DNA of 64,000 nucleotides from Candidatus Saelkia tenebricola (lineage in GTDB: Bacteria; Omnitrophota; Gorgyraeia; Kaelpiales; Kaelpiaceae), in the NCBI GenBank assembly GCA_030765145.1, contig JAVCDA010000010.1:119344-183343 (forward strand), written 5' to 3'. Made by a program: the position numbers and the translations under genes. The notes under the pieces are model-generated. The model made no database searches, had not been told where the DNA came from, and saw only the letters and a program-made list of their open reading frames with translations. Positions 28,787 through 42,014 of the stretch are shown here, one piece after another. The stretch's first letter is position 1. Every line of letters starts with the position of its first letter.

Positions 28787-29536
28787 CTATTCGGGGATTT
28801 GTTCAATACTTAACAATTCTTCCTGCCTAACCATGATATGCGCTAATCTTTCCAGCTCCCTTATTAATCGTTCCTTTTCTTTAGGGTCTTTTAGAGGCGG
28901 TATTTTTATGATTACTTTATTCTGTCCAAATATCACACTCACTAAAATATCAACTTCATACTCCAATAAAGTATCCTTCTGTTTAATTTCTTGGGGTATT
29001 TTTTCGATAACGCTCTTCGACTTTTGATCGGATACTGCTGATTCCTTGTCTATTTTTACTCTTAAGAGATATTGCTGACTTTGTCCAACATTGTCTTCCT
29101 GTTTTCTTTTGAAAGCAGATTGCATGATAATCGGGATAGATTCCTCTATCTCTTTTATTAAATCCGCAGCTTTAATTGTTCCTAATATTTCTTTATTTCT
29201 ACCCGTTTCTGAAAATTCAATTTCAATAGATTCAACACCAAAAACTTCTTGCGGTAAAATATACGCGTGATAATCTCTGCCCAACGGCGAGTCTACAGTA
29301 AAAGGCTGTTCGGTTCCAGCATAGGGATAATACAAGACTTCGCTTTCTACTTTCTTTAACGGAGAGTATATAGGCTTACTGAATTTGTCTTTGCTGCCCA
29401 AGCTATAATCCCATTCCACAGGTGGTGCGGCATACACCTTGTTACAGATGCATATAGAACTGGATAGAAAAACAGCAACGTGGCAAAAAACTTTCAGATT
29501 TTTCTTATAAGTGAGGCAATGCAATTTTATTACCAT
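28787..29536 (-). CDS. Hypothetical protein, probably exported
   Basis: 249-aa ORF in the operon orientation with a hydrophobic N-region ending VYA. Confidence 0.65.
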   Translation of the reverse strand: MVIKLHCLTYKKNLKVFCHVAVFLSSSICICNKVYAAPPVEWDYSLGSKDKFSKPIYSPLKKVESEVLYYPYAGTEQPFTVDSPLGRDYHAYILPQEVFGVESIEIEFSETGRNKEILGTIKAADLIKEIEESIPIIMQSAFKRKQEDNVGQSQQYLLRVKIDKESAVSDQKSKSVIEKIPQEIKQKDTLLEYEVDILVSVIFGQNKVIIKIPPLKDPKEKERLIRELERLAHIMVRQEELLSIEQIPE

Positions 29537-31136
29537 ACTCTTTACGCAATTCTTTTAGAGTTTTTACTAACTCTTCTATCTCTTTTCTGCTACCGTCTGC
29601 ATTTAGGCTTTGCGCAGCTGCTAATAAGATATCCTCGTCTTCTGCGTTGTCGGTACCTACAATTTTCTGCCTGGCTTGCGTCAGCACATTAATCTTGGCA
29701 GCATCATAGTTAAGCCCGTCAATTATCACTTGCGTCGCAACATCCCAGCATGTTTGAACAAAGCCAGTCATATCGACTGCTTGCATAATATCACTTAGAT
29801 CGTCATCGCGCAAGGCTTTCCAGACAATTTCTGCATATTTCTTTGCCAGTGTTACATCCCCGCTAGTCCCAGGCATAATATTGGGTGATGTTTGACTTAT
29901 TGGGCTAAGCCCTGTTAAAGGGTCAAATTCATCCACTTCAACAATCCCTATTCTAAAGAAATCCTGACTACCGTCTTGCTCATGAACAGCTACCAAGGAA
30001 TTAACAACTCTGTCATTTTCATCGTACTCATAGAATTTATAAGAAGTAGTTACTCTATTGGGGGCTTGATCATCATTATAGTGTACTGCTTCAACTACAG
30101 AGGGCAAATATTTTAAACCTCCCTCCTGATCATAAGAAATATGAAAATCCAATACATTTGTGTCTTCCTCATAGCTATATGAGGTTTCACCGCTATCTAT
30201 AGTAACCAAACGGTGATAACTCCTAGCTTCTCTATACGAAAAATCCATATCTAAGACATCTTCAGTGATATATTGGGTGACACCCCATTGATCGCGAAGT
30301 TCCTGATACATCTTAAGTGCATAGCCAAAAGCATTAGATTCTTTATTATTGAAAGCCCACCAGTCTCCTGCACATTCTGAATATTTCATATAAAGGTAGG
30401 AAGGGGCATGATAAACATATGCCGTAGATGCATCATTCGAATCAATCTGTGCATAAGTTGGCGTCAATTGTTTGGAAAAAATCCAATCCGGAAAATGCGT
30501 GCTTTCGTCTCGAAGAGATACATGCAATGGCCTTGTCGTCACATTACCCAGCTTATCTTCGCTAGACATATTAAATGTAAGGGAAAAACCTTTGTAGGCA
30601 TGTTTGCCTGAAGTTTCTTCAATCTTTTTTATTACCTCTTCTAGATCCTCTTTGTTTTGGACAAACTTGTTAGCAAAATATTTCAATATTTTCGTATTAG
30701 TGCCCGAATATGTAATAGAACCGTCTTCTGCAATGCTTTTTCCAGGCGTAGCAGATCTAACAGGTTGATTAAAAAGCTCTGCACGCCTGTTTTCTATAAC
30801 TCTAAAACGCTCCCTGACATAAGTTAAAATCTGTAAAGCGGCACGTAATCCCTGATAGCTTTTTTTGGCATCTTCTCCTGTTTTTCTTTTTATCAGCATT
30901 CCGCGTACCTGCTGCTCTCTGTCAAGATATTCTTCCAAAGACAATTCCGGAGAAAGTGCTTTATAGATTTCTGCAATAGATCCAAATTCTGCTGAATCCA
31001 AGGGCTGCTCATTTGCAGTACTTTCATTAGCATAAGATGCTATATGATATGAAACCCCACCAACAAAAATAGACATAATTATAAAGTGTTTTAAAATGTT
31101 TTTCTTCTTCACATCATATTTATACCATATATACAT
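29505..31136 (-). CDS. Hypothetical secreted protein
   Basis: 543-aa ORF, signal-like N-terminus ending ASYA, Tyr/Asp-rich beta-strand region. Confidence 0.75.
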   Translation of the reverse strand: MYIWYKYDVKKKNILKHFIIMSIFVGGVSYHIASYANESTANEQPLDSAEFGSIAEIYKALSPELSLEEYLDREQQVRGMLIKRKTGEDAKKSYQGLRAALQILTYVRERFRVIENRRAELFNQPVRSATPGKSIAEDGSITYSGTNTKILKYFANKFVQNKEDLEEVIKKIEETSGKHAYKGFSLTFNMSSEDKLGNVTTRPLHVSLRDESTHFPDWIFSKQLTPTYAQIDSNDASTAYVYHAPSYLYMKYSECAGDWWAFNNKESNAFGYALKMYQELRDQWGVTQYITEDVLDMDFSYREARSYHRLVTIDSGETSYSYEEDTNVLDFHISYDQEGGLKYLPSVVEAVHYNDDQAPNRVTTSYKFYEYDENDRVVNSLVAVHEQDGSQDFFRIGIVEVDEFDPLTGLSPISQTSPNIMPGTSGDVTLAKKYAEIVWKALRDDDLSDIMQAVDMTGFVQTCWDVATQVIIDGLNYDAAKINVLTQARQKIVGTDNAEDEDILLAAAQSLNADGSRKEIEELVKTLKELRKEYGNKIALPHL

Positions 31137-31148
31137 ATAAAAATCAAG

Positions 31149-31727
31149 TTACCTGAGATAAAAATTATCGAAGTATGTCCGACCCCCTGTTTGATCAATA
31201 TACCGTTTGTCTATAAATACATTGATTTCAACGAGTTCGGATAAATTCTCCAACTTGAGGCTTTTCAAGGGGATTTCTACCTTATACCAATCATTCCCTG
31301 TTTTAGCGTTCATTACCGTTACGATTTTACCTTTTTTATCTTCAAAGGTTATCCCGATGATTTTGGAATAGCCTACTGCCGGCTCCCCTTTAACCCAGAA
31401 ACCAAAATATTGATACCCGCTAAAATCATATCCTGAAACATGGAGCCAGATTCCACCCACCAAATCATTGTCAGAGCGAAAATCGTAATCCAATGCGAAT
31501 GAATGACCCTCTTCCCCATATTTTACGAGACTGGACTTCGAGCCTACAAAGGTAGTATGTCTATCCTCCATAAATTCTTCCCATACACCGCCTTCAAATG
31601 TTTCCTGCTCAAAATCCTGTAACAGAAAAATCTTTTCCTTTGTTTCTGTCAATTCCTCTGTATACACTTTATCTGCGCAAAAAAGAAAAACTATTCCGAC
31701 CGTTAAAACAGCTATTCTTATATTCAT
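31149..31727 (-). CDS. Secreted carbohydrate-binding-like (CBM11/CIA30-like) protein, paralogue
   Basis: Signal peptide, LQDFE, LDYDF, FWVKG, WYKVEIPL and YFDNF. AGGAGGTG RBS. Confidence 0.8.
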   Translation of the reverse strand: MNIRIAVLTVGIVFLFCADKVYTEELTETKEKIFLLQDFEQETFEGGVWEEFMEDRHTTFVGSKSSLVKYGEEGHSFALDYDFRSDNDLVGGIWLHVSGYDFSGYQYFGFWVKGEPAVGYSKIIGITFEDKKGKIVTVMNAKTGNDWYKVEIPLKSLKLENLSELVEINVFIDKRYIDQTGGRTYFDNFYLR

Positions 31728-31808
31728 CCTCTCACCTCCTACGCTTACTGTTTCTATCCTTGCATCTAACTCTTTCTATTATACACCGTAAGCAATTTGT
31801 AGACCAAT

Positions 31809-32492
31809 TTATTTTTCCCCTTCAACAATCACAACAAACTCTCCTTTAACAACCAATTGATTCGCTATGATCCGTTCCAGCACTTCGACAACCTCTCCTC
31901 TTACAACCTCTTCGTGTAATTTGGTAAGCTCTCGCACCAAGCAAATATTTCTGTTCCCCAAATAATCCCTTACCTCTTCTAGCATCTGCGTAATTCTATG
32001 GGGAGATTCATAGAAAATAACTGTTCTTTTCTCTGCCTTTAATTGCTGTAACTTATTTTTCCTTTTGCCGGATTTACGAGGTAAGAATCCTTCAAAAATA
32101 AATCGGTCTGTCGGTGCTCCGGATATTGTAAGCGCCATAATAAAAGCACTAGGTCCAGGAAGAGCACTAACCTCTACTTGCTGCCTCAAAGCTTCTCTCA
32201 CTAAATAAAATCCCGGATCAGAAATTCCGGGAGTACCTGAGTCTGATATTAAAGCAATCCGTTGACCATTTTTAAGTTTCTCAATGATTCTGGGAGTCTT
32301 TTTTTCTTTGTTAAAATCATGGAATGATTCTTTGGGAGTGATAATTTTGTATTCGGCTAAAAGTTTGCCTGATTTTCTAGTATCTTCACACAAAATAAGG
32401 TCTACTTCTCCTAGAGTCTCTATCGCCCTGATAGTAATATCTTTTAGATTGCCAATTGGCGTAGCCACAAGAATCAGATTACCCTTATTCAT
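31809..32492 (-). CDS. rsmI: 16S rRNA C1402 2'-O-methyltransferase
   Basis: VATPIGNL.DIT.RA, CEDTR, SDSGTPGISDPG, FYESPHR, RELTKLHEE. Confidence 0.97.
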   Translation of the reverse strand: MNKGNLILVATPIGNLKDITIRAIETLGEVDLILCEDTRKSGKLLAEYKIITPKESFHDFNKEKKTPRIIEKLKNGQRIALISDSGTPGISDPGFYLVREALRQQVEVSALPGPSAFIMALTISGAPTDRFIFEGFLPRKSGKRKNKLQQLKAEKRTVIFYESPHRITQMLEEVRDYLGNRNICLVRELTKLHEEVVRGEVVEVLERIIANQLVVKGEFVVIVEGEK

Positions 32493-32500
32493 ATATCAAG

Positions 32501-34333
32501 TTATTCCACAGTTACGCTTTTAGCAAGATTTCTGGGCATGTCCATATCGTATCCTTTTAGAGCTGCAACGCAATATGCAAAAACCTGTAAAGGCACAATA
32601 GTAAGAAGAGGGGAAAATATGTTGTCGATCTCGGGAATAAAAATTATTTCTTTAACATAATTCTGTATCTGGAAATCTCCTGCTGTTGCAATCGCAATTA
32701 CTTTTCCTCCTCGCGCAAGAACCTCTTGAACATTTGATATTATTTTATTATAAACCGGAGATTGGTTGACGATACAAATAACTCCTCTATATTCATCGAT
32801 TAGTGCAATAGGCCCGTGTTTCATCTCGCCTGCGGCATAACCTTCGGCAGGAATATAAGAAATTTCTTTGAGTTTTAATGCTCCTTCTAATGCGGTAGGA
32901 AAATTGTTATTCCTTCCTAAGTAAAGAAACGCTCCAAAATGAAGAAATTTCATAGCAAGTTTTTCTATATTTTTATAATCGGTTAAAACTTTTTTCTGTG
33001 CTAAGGGAATGTTTTTGAGTTCCGCAATGAATTTCTGCAAATTATTTTTGCTTATTACTCCTTTCATGTTTCCCAGATACAACGCAACCAAGTAAAGAAC
33101 CATTAACTGAGCTGTATATGCTTTTGTCGAAGCTACTCCTATTTCCAGGCCAGCATGTGTGTAAATGGTAGTATCTGATTCTCTTGTGAGAGAAGAGCCT
33201 TGAGTATTACAAATGGTAAGTACTTTAACCCTGTTTTTCTTAGCCTCTCTCACTGCAGCCAAAGTATCGGCTGTCTCTCCAGATTGACTAATCGTAATAA
33301 TTAATGTTTTGGCTTTAATTACCGGTGTACGATATCTAAATTCGCTGGAAAAATCAACTGTGACCGGAATCCGCACCAGAGATTCAATTGCATATTTCCC
33401 AATCAGTCCAGCATGATATGCGGTGCCACAAGCAATAATGGTTATATTACTCAATTCCTTGAAAAATTTTTTATCTATCTTAAGGTGGTCGAATTTGATA
33501 TTTCCTGAAGAAGAAACATATCGTGTAACTAAACCAGATAAAATCTGCGGCTGTTCAAAAATCTCTTTGAGCATAAAATGTTTGAAATTGCCCTTCGATG
33601 CAGTGTCTATGTCATACGATATGTTTTCTATTTTCGGGATAACCCTGCAACCCTGAAAATTAAAAACATCTATTGTATTTCTTGTGATAGCAGCAATTTG
33701 CTTATCCCTTAAAGAAATAATCTGTCTAGTGTGTCCCAATATAGCCGGGATATCAGAAGAGATAAGATTCTCACCCTCGCCTACACCGATAATTAGAGAA
33801 GAATCATTACGCGCAACAAAGATCTTATCCGGCTCATATATACTTATGATACCTAGGGCATAGGAGCCCTTGAGTTTCTGTAAAGCTTTGATAAACGCCG
33901 CCTTAAAATCTCCCTTGTAAAACCTGCTGATTAAATGAGCAATTACTTCTGTATCTGTTTCGGATTTAAAATGACAACCGTTTTCTTTTAAACTCTTTTT
34001 TAAATCTGCGGAATTTTCAATGATTCCGTTATGAACTACCGTAATATTTCCGGAACAATCGTTATGGGGATGAGCATTTTTTTTAGACGGTGCCCCATGT
34101 GTAGCCCATCGAGTATGACCCAACCCGACATGAGTACGTATGGGGGCCTTGCGATGTTTTAGTAGTTCTTCTAAATGAGCAATCTTGCCTTTACATTTTA
34201 GAACCGTAATCTTTTTCTCATCCATAACTGCAATACCGGCAGAATCATATCCTCTATATTCGAGCTTTTTCAAGCCTTGTAAAATAATATTTTTTGCCTG
34301 TTTGTTTCCTATATATCCAATGATACCGCACAT
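32501..34333 (-). CDS. glmS: Glutamine-fructose-6-phosphate aminotransferase
   Basis: MCGIIGY, LEYRGYDSAG, GHTRWATHG, SQSGETADT, PRNLAKSVTVE. Confidence 0.99.
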   Translation of the reverse strand: MCGIIGYIGNKQAKNIILQGLKKLEYRGYDSAGIAVMDEKKITVLKCKGKIAHLEELLKHRKAPIRTHVGLGHTRWATHGAPSKKNAHPHNDCSGNITVVHNGIIENSADLKKSLKENGCHFKSETDTEVIAHLISRFYKGDFKAAFIKALQKLKGSYALGIISIYEPDKIFVARNDSSLIIGVGEGENLISSDIPAILGHTRQIISLRDKQIAAITRNTIDVFNFQGCRVIPKIENISYDIDTASKGNFKHFMLKEIFEQPQILSGLVTRYVSSSGNIKFDHLKIDKKFFKELSNITIIACGTAYHAGLIGKYAIESLVRIPVTVDFSSEFRYRTPVIKAKTLIITISQSGETADTLAAVREAKKNRVKVLTICNTQGSSLTRESDTTIYTHAGLEIGVASTKAYTAQLMVLYLVALYLGNMKGVISKNNLQKFIAELKNIPLAQKKVLTDYKNIEKLAMKFLHFGAFLYLGRNNNFPTALEGALKLKEISYIPAEGYAAGEMKHGPIALIDEYRGVICIVNQSPVYNKIISNVQEVLARGGKVIAIATAGDFQIQNYVKEIIFIPEIDNIFSPLLTIVPLQVFAYCVAALKGYDMDMPRNLAKSVTVE

Positions 34334-34401
34334 GGTTAGAGTAGTAGCCTATTTATAGGGTTAATAAAAATACTGTTATCACTCGCCAAACTTGCCCCAA
34401 G

Positions 34402-35157
34402 CTATAAAATTGCCGCAGCGTCTTTGTCCACGATAAAAACGCAATCCGGATGGTAACGCAGAAAAGAAGCAGGAACATCTGGGGTAATGGGCCCATTAAT
34501 CGCATCGTTGATTGCTTCGGCCTTGTTTTCTCCTGTTGCCAAGAGAACAATCTTACGCGCTTCTAAAATGGTTCCTATGCCCATAGTAAGCGCCTGCGTA
34601 GGAACATCCTCCTGTTTTTGAAAAAACCGGGCATTATCTTTTTTCGTCTGTTGGTTTAAATCTACAATACGCGTTCTGGAATCCAAAGTAGATCCCGGTT
34701 CATTAAAAGCAATATGTCCGTTGGAGCCAATCCCCAGAAGCTGCAAATCCACTCCTCCATATTGTTCAAATAAAATTTCTTCAAACTGCTGACATTCACT
34801 TTGGGGTGTTTTGCAAACACCATTTAAAACATGCGTTCGAGTTTTATCAATATTAATGTGGTTAAACAAAACATCATTCATAAAATATCGGTAGCTCTGG
34901 GGATGATCCGATGCGAGCATAAAATACTCATCCAGATTAAAGCTAGCTGTTTTAGAAAAATTAAACCCTTTTTCTTTGTGCAACGCAATAAGCTGCTTAT
35001 ACATCTCTACCGGGGTGCTTCCTGTGGCCAGGCCTAATACTGTTTCGGGATTTGAATAAATTGCATCTGAAAAAATACGGAAGGCTTTAAATCCGACATC
35101 CTTTTTGTCCTCACAGACAATAACCTGGATAGTTTTCTCGTCCATACCCTTAAACAC
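34402..35157 (-). CDS. nagB: Glucosamine-6-phosphate deaminase (start may be ATG 35145)
   Basis: LGLATGSTP, FNLDEY, LGIGSNGHIAFNEPG, TMGIGTI. Confidence 0.97.
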   Translation of the reverse strand: MFKGMDEKTIQVIVCEDKKDVGFKAFRIFSDAIYSNPETVLGLATGSTPVEMYKQLIALHKEKGFNFSKTASFNLDEYFMLASDHPQSYRYFMNDVLFNHINIDKTRTHVLNGVCKTPQSECQQFEEILFEQYGGVDLQLLGIGSNGHIAFNEPGSTLDSRTRIVDLNQQTKKDNARFFQKQEDVPTQALTMGIGTILEARKIVLLATGENKAEAINDAINGPITPDVPASFLRYHPDCVFIVDKDAAAIL

Positions 35158-35171
35158 TTGATGCTAACAAA

Positions 35172-35244
35172 CGTCCCCAGCCGGGTTTGAACCGGCGCCG
35201 ACGGCTCGAAAGGCCGTTGTCCTAGGCCCCTAGACGATGGGGAC
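35172..35244 (-). tRNA. tRNA-Glu(TTC), CCA not encoded
   Basis: Cloverleaf with GTCCCCA/TGGGGAC acceptor, anticodon arm ACGGC-CTTTCGA-GCCGT and T-loop TTCAAAC. Confidence 0.95.
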
Positions 35245-35285
35245 GAACATTAATTATCAACAAAATTTACCACAATCAATCATAC

Positions 35286-35306
35286 AAACCGCCTTTTGGG
35301 CAGTTT
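35286..35306 (-). terminator. Possible hairpin downstream of gyrA
   Basis: AAACUGCC-CAAAA-GGCGGUUU with one G-U pair and a weak U-tract. Confidence 0.35.
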
Positions 35307-35387
35307 ATAATTATTATTGCATAAAAGCTAATTTGTCAATGCAAAACTTGCCTTATGTAAATCGCAAACCCCTTGTAATAGTTATCT

Positions 35388-37814
35388 TTATTCCTCTTTC
35401 ACAACCTTTGCAAACGAAACCACTTTATCTTTTGGGGCTGTCTTAACAACTCTTACCCCTGAAGTGCTTCTTCCTATGGTTCTTATGTCTTTAAGGGAAG
35501 TTCTTATAATCTGCCCACTCTGTGTCATTAAGACAATGTCATCATCATCATTAACGACCTCCGCTGCTACTACATTGCCTGTTTTATCTGCACGTTTCAT
35601 ATTAATAACACCCTTGCCCGCACGGGATTGAATTCTGTATTGCTCAACCGCCGTCCGTTTTCCAAACCCCTGCTCACTAATGGTCAATATGCTCTCTTCC
35701 CTGGCAACACAACACATGCTTACCACCTGATCTCCTTTGCCAAGGTTAATACCCTTGACTCCCTGAGCTCCTCGGCCCATTGATCTAAGCTGTTTTTCTG
35801 CAAAACATATAGATTGGCCTTTTCGCGTAGCTAAAAAAACATAATGATGGCCATCGCTAACTTCTGCTGCAATCAAGCGATCCTGCTTTTTTAAAGATAT
35901 CGCTATAATCCCTCCTTTACGAGGGTTTTTGAATTCCTCCAGTTTCATGTTTTTCACAACACCGTTCGCTGTCGCAAGTATTAAATACCTTGTGGCTGGA
36001 AAATCACGCACTGGAATAGATGCCGTTACTACCTCTTCTTTGGCAAGTTGTAAAATATTAACTATGGCTTTACCACGTGCCGTTTTCTGCGCTATGGGAA
36101 TCTCATGAACTTTTAACCAGCAAGCTCTCCCTTGATTAGTAAAGAAGAGCATATAATCATGGGTGGAAGCTATAAAAAGATGTTTTACAAAATCGCCTTC
36201 TTTCAGATTCATACCAATAACTCCTTTGCCACCTCTATTCTGTCTTCTATAGGAGGAAATGGGTTGCCTTTTTATGTATCCCGAACTTGAAATTGTCACC
36301 ACCATATCCTCTTCTGTAATCATGTCTTCGATTCTTATTTCTTTAACCTCTTCTACTATCGTTGTAAGCCTCTGGTCTCCATAGCGTTCCTTTATCTCAA
36401 TAAGTTCTTCCTTGATTACTTGAACAACTTTTTTCTCACTTTGGAGAATACTGTTGTAATATGCGATTTTTTTGATTAATTCCAAATATTCTTTATCCAG
36501 TTTTTCTGTTTCCAGTCGCGTTAAGCGCTGAAGCTGCATTTCTAAAATTGCCTGAGCCTGTATCTCTGTTAATTTTAACTGTTGCATCAATCGTTCTTTT
36601 GCCTCGGGTGTACTTTGAGATTTTTTAATTAATGCGATTACCTTATCTATGTTGTCCAACGCTATTTTTAAGCCTTCTACAATATGTGCCCGCTTTTCAG
36701 CTCTTGCTAGTTCAAACCGGGTCCTTCTTAAAACAATTTCTTTCCTATGGCTAATGAATTCTACCAGCATCTGTTTTAAGCTCAACACCTTTGGTCGCCC
36801 ATGTACTAATGCCAGCAAAATAATACCAAAAGAAACCTCCATCTGAGTATGTTTATACAACTGATTTAATATTACTTCTGCATTTTGATCTCTTTTCAAT
36901 TCAACTAAAATACGTATTCCCTCTTTATCGGATTCATCTCTTAAGTCTGAAATTCCTTCTACCTTTTTATCTTTTATGAGAATTGCAATTTGTTCAATAA
37001 GATTAGATTTGTTAACCTGATAGGGAATTTCTTTTATTATGATTGCAGCCTTCCCGCCTTTAAGCTGTTCTGTATAGGCTTTTGCCCGAATTTTGATAAT
37101 ACCTTTACCTTGGGCATAAGCTTCTTTCAGTCCTTTGCTTCCGTAAAGGATACCTCCCGTCGGAAAATCCGGCCCCGGGATATACTGCATTAACTCTGTA
37201 CATGAGATGTCAGAATTATCCACATAAGCAATAGCTCCTTCTATCGTTTCTTTAATATTGTGGGGAGGAATGTTGGTTGCCATACCAACCGCTATCCCGG
37301 AAGATCCGTTAATAAGAAGGTTGGGAGTTCTACTTGGCAACAATATCGGCTCTCGTAAGCTTTCATCAAAATTAGGCCTGAAATCCACTGTATCCTTATC
37401 TATGTCTTCCAGCAACTCTTGAGAAATAGCAGCAAGACGAGCTTCCGTATAGCGCATAGCTGCAGCAGAATCTCCATCTATAGAGCCAAAATTGCCCTGG
37501 CCATCTATTAAAGGGTATCTCATTGAAAAATCTTGTGCCATGCGCACTGCAGCATCATAAACAGCTGTATCGCCATGAGGATGATATTTTCCCAGTACTT
37601 CACCTACAATTCGAGCACATTTTTTATACGGCTTGCGAGCATCTAACCCCAGTTCTTTCATAGCATAAAGAATTCTTCGATGCACCGGTTTTAATCCGTC
37701 TCTCACATCTGGTAAAGCCCTGCCAACAATAACGCTCATAGCATAGCTGATATAAGAATCCTTCATTTCATCTTTGATGTCTATGTGTCGTATTTTCTGA
37801 TCTCTGCTATACAT
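35388..37814 (-). CDS. gyrA: DNA gyrase subunit A
   Basis: YHPHGD, AAMRYTE (catalytic Tyr) and the GyrA-box QNRGGKG. Confidence 0.99.
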   Translation of the reverse strand: MYSRDQKIRHIDIKDEMKDSYISYAMSVIVGRALPDVRDGLKPVHRRILYAMKELGLDARKPYKKCARIVGEVLGKYHPHGDTAVYDAAVRMAQDFSMRYPLIDGQGNFGSIDGDSAAAMRYTEARLAAISQELLEDIDKDTVDFRPNFDESLREPILLPSRTPNLLINGSSGIAVGMATNIPPHNIKETIEGAIAYVDNSDISCTELMQYIPGPDFPTGGILYGSKGLKEAYAQGKGIIKIRAKAYTEQLKGGKAAIIIKEIPYQVNKSNLIEQIAILIKDKKVEGISDLRDESDKEGIRILVELKRDQNAEVILNQLYKHTQMEVSFGIILLALVHGRPKVLSLKQMLVEFISHRKEIVLRRTRFELARAEKRAHIVEGLKIALDNIDKVIALIKKSQSTPEAKERLMQQLKLTEIQAQAILEMQLQRLTRLETEKLDKEYLELIKKIAYYNSILQSEKKVVQVIKEELIEIKERYGDQRLTTIVEEVKEIRIEDMITEEDMVVTISSSGYIKRQPISSYRRQNRGGKGVIGMNLKEGDFVKHLFIASTHDYMLFFTNQGRACWLKVHEIPIAQKTARGKAIVNILQLAKEEVVTASIPVRDFPATRYLILATANGVVKNMKLEEFKNPRKGGIIAISLKKQDRLIAAEVSDGHHYVFLATRKGQSICFAEKQLRSMGRGAQGVKGINLGKGDQVVSMCCVAREESILTISEQGFGKRTAVEQYRIQSRAGKGVINMKRADKTGNVVAAEVVNDDDDIVLMTQSGQIIRTSLKDIRTIGRSTSGVRVVKTAPKDKVVSFAKVVKEE

Positions 37815-37837
37815 CTTCTTCCCTCGTTTTTATTTGC

Positions 37838-40668
<2,831 letters not shown>

Positions 40669-40669
40669 T

Positions 40670-41764
40670 CTAAACCAATTGCATTGGTAAAACAAGATAG
40701 ATATATTTTGAGTCCAATCTAATAATTCCCGGCTTATCCGCTCCATTCAACTCAAAACAAACTTCTTGAGTTTCAATGTTTTTCAAAACATCCAACAAAT
40801 ACTGAGGATTAAAGCCAACCACCATTTCATCTCCATCGTAACTAGCCTCTATTTCTTCTCTCCCTTCCCCTAAATCCGGGGTTATTTTAGAAATAACAAT
40901 TTTATTTTTGTAGAACTCCAATTTGATGGCTATTGAATCACTTGTTGTCATTAAGCTTGCTCTTTTTATTGCTCTGGAGAAATCTTCTGTTTGTATTCTT
41001 AATTTATTCTCGCTTTCTTTAGGGATAACTTCTTCATAATTGGGAAAATCTCCTTCTATCAAACGAGTGATCAATTCAGTGTTGTTGCAATGAAAAGAAA
41101 TTTGATTGTTTTTTTGAGAAATATTTATCGTCACTACCTCATCTGCTCCATCCATTATTTTTAAGAGCTCCATAACAGCTTTTTGAGGAATGATATATTT
41201 CCCATCCCAACCAACTTCTATATCTTCCTGGTACATTGCTAACCTTCTTCCATCGCTTGCAACTAATCTTAACCTCTTCTCTTGAAAATCAAACAATATC
41301 CCATTCAATACGTATCTTGTTTCTTCTTTAGAACATGCAAAACATGTTTTTGATATCATTTTTTTTAGAATGTTTATCTTTACTTTAAATCCTTTACCTT
41401 CTATCTTTGGAATTTCAGGATATTCTTCTGCAGAAAAACCCAGCAATTTAAAATAACATTTTTCACCACGAATGATAACACCTGCATTCTTTGTTTCTTC
41501 TATTAAAATCTCTTGATCTGGAATTTCTTTTAAAATATCATAAATTTTTTTACCAGGTGTAGTAATTTTTCCTATCTGAATTGCTTTAGTGGGGATTTTT
41601 TTTCTAATACATATCTCTAAATCTGTGGCTGTTATGCTTAAATGATCTTTCTCCGCCTTTATTAATAAGTTAGACAAAATTGGTAATGTTGAACGCGAAG
41701 GAACAACTGATATTATGTCTCCTAAGGCTTTAACAATACATTCTTTTTCTACAGTAAATTTCAT
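40670..41764 (-). CDS. dnaN: DNA polymerase III beta clamp
   Basis: PILSN, ATDLE, RYVLNG, ASDGRRLA, IEGDFPNY, GFNPQY, LPM. GGAGG RBS precedes ATG 41764. Confidence 0.98.
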   Translation of the reverse strand: MKFTVEKECIVKALGDIISVVPSRSTLPILSNLLIKAEKDHLSITATDLEICIRKKIPTKAIQIGKITTPGKKIYDILKEIPDQEILIEETKNAGVIIRGEKCYFKLLGFSAEEYPEIPKIEGKGFKVKINILKKMISKTCFACSKEETRYVLNGILFDFQEKRLRLVASDGRRLAMYQEDIEVGWDGKYIIPQKAVMELLKIMDGADEVVTINISQKNNQISFHCNNTELITRLIEGDFPNYEEVIPKESENKLRIQTEDFSRAIKRASLMTTSDSIAIKLEFYKNKIVISKITPDLGEGREEIEASYDGDEMVVGFNPQYLLDVLKNIETQEVCFELNGADKPGIIRLDSKYIYLVLPMQLV

Positions 41765-41789
41765 TTTTTCCTCCATTAGTTGTGTTGTT

Positions 41790-42014
41790 TTCTAATAAGT
41801 ATTTGTTTTATAGTATGTATTAGTAGTGTTTGTGTAAAAGTGGATAATAATATAAACATATATGTATCAATGGTTTATTGATAAAAGTGTATCTGTGTAA
41901 AATGTTGTTAAAAAGGTGGTTCTTTTTTTTATTGATGTATTTATCCACATATCCACATTTTATCCACAAGCAATCTATGTGTTTTTAAGGATCTTTTCCT
42001 CAAGTTTATCCACA
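41790..42014. promoter_or_regulatory. Chromosomal replication origin oriC (DnaA boxes plus DnaA-trio/AT-rich unwinding element)
   Basis: TTATCCACA at 41941, 41960 and 42006; near-matches at 41949, 41831, 41839 and 41894. Minus strand reads two boxes (41847-41831) then TAC/TAA-like trios next to dnaN. Gene orientation flips across this region. Confidence 0.9.

Noticed and set aside
34334-34401. glmS ribozyme
   Set aside because: The intergenic gap is only 68 nt and has no recognisable core.
35172-35244. Genomic island integrated at tRNA-Glu or at the Cys-Leu-Val cluster
   Set aside because: Flanked by housekeeping genes; I saw no intact integrase, transposase or duplicated tRNA 3' end.
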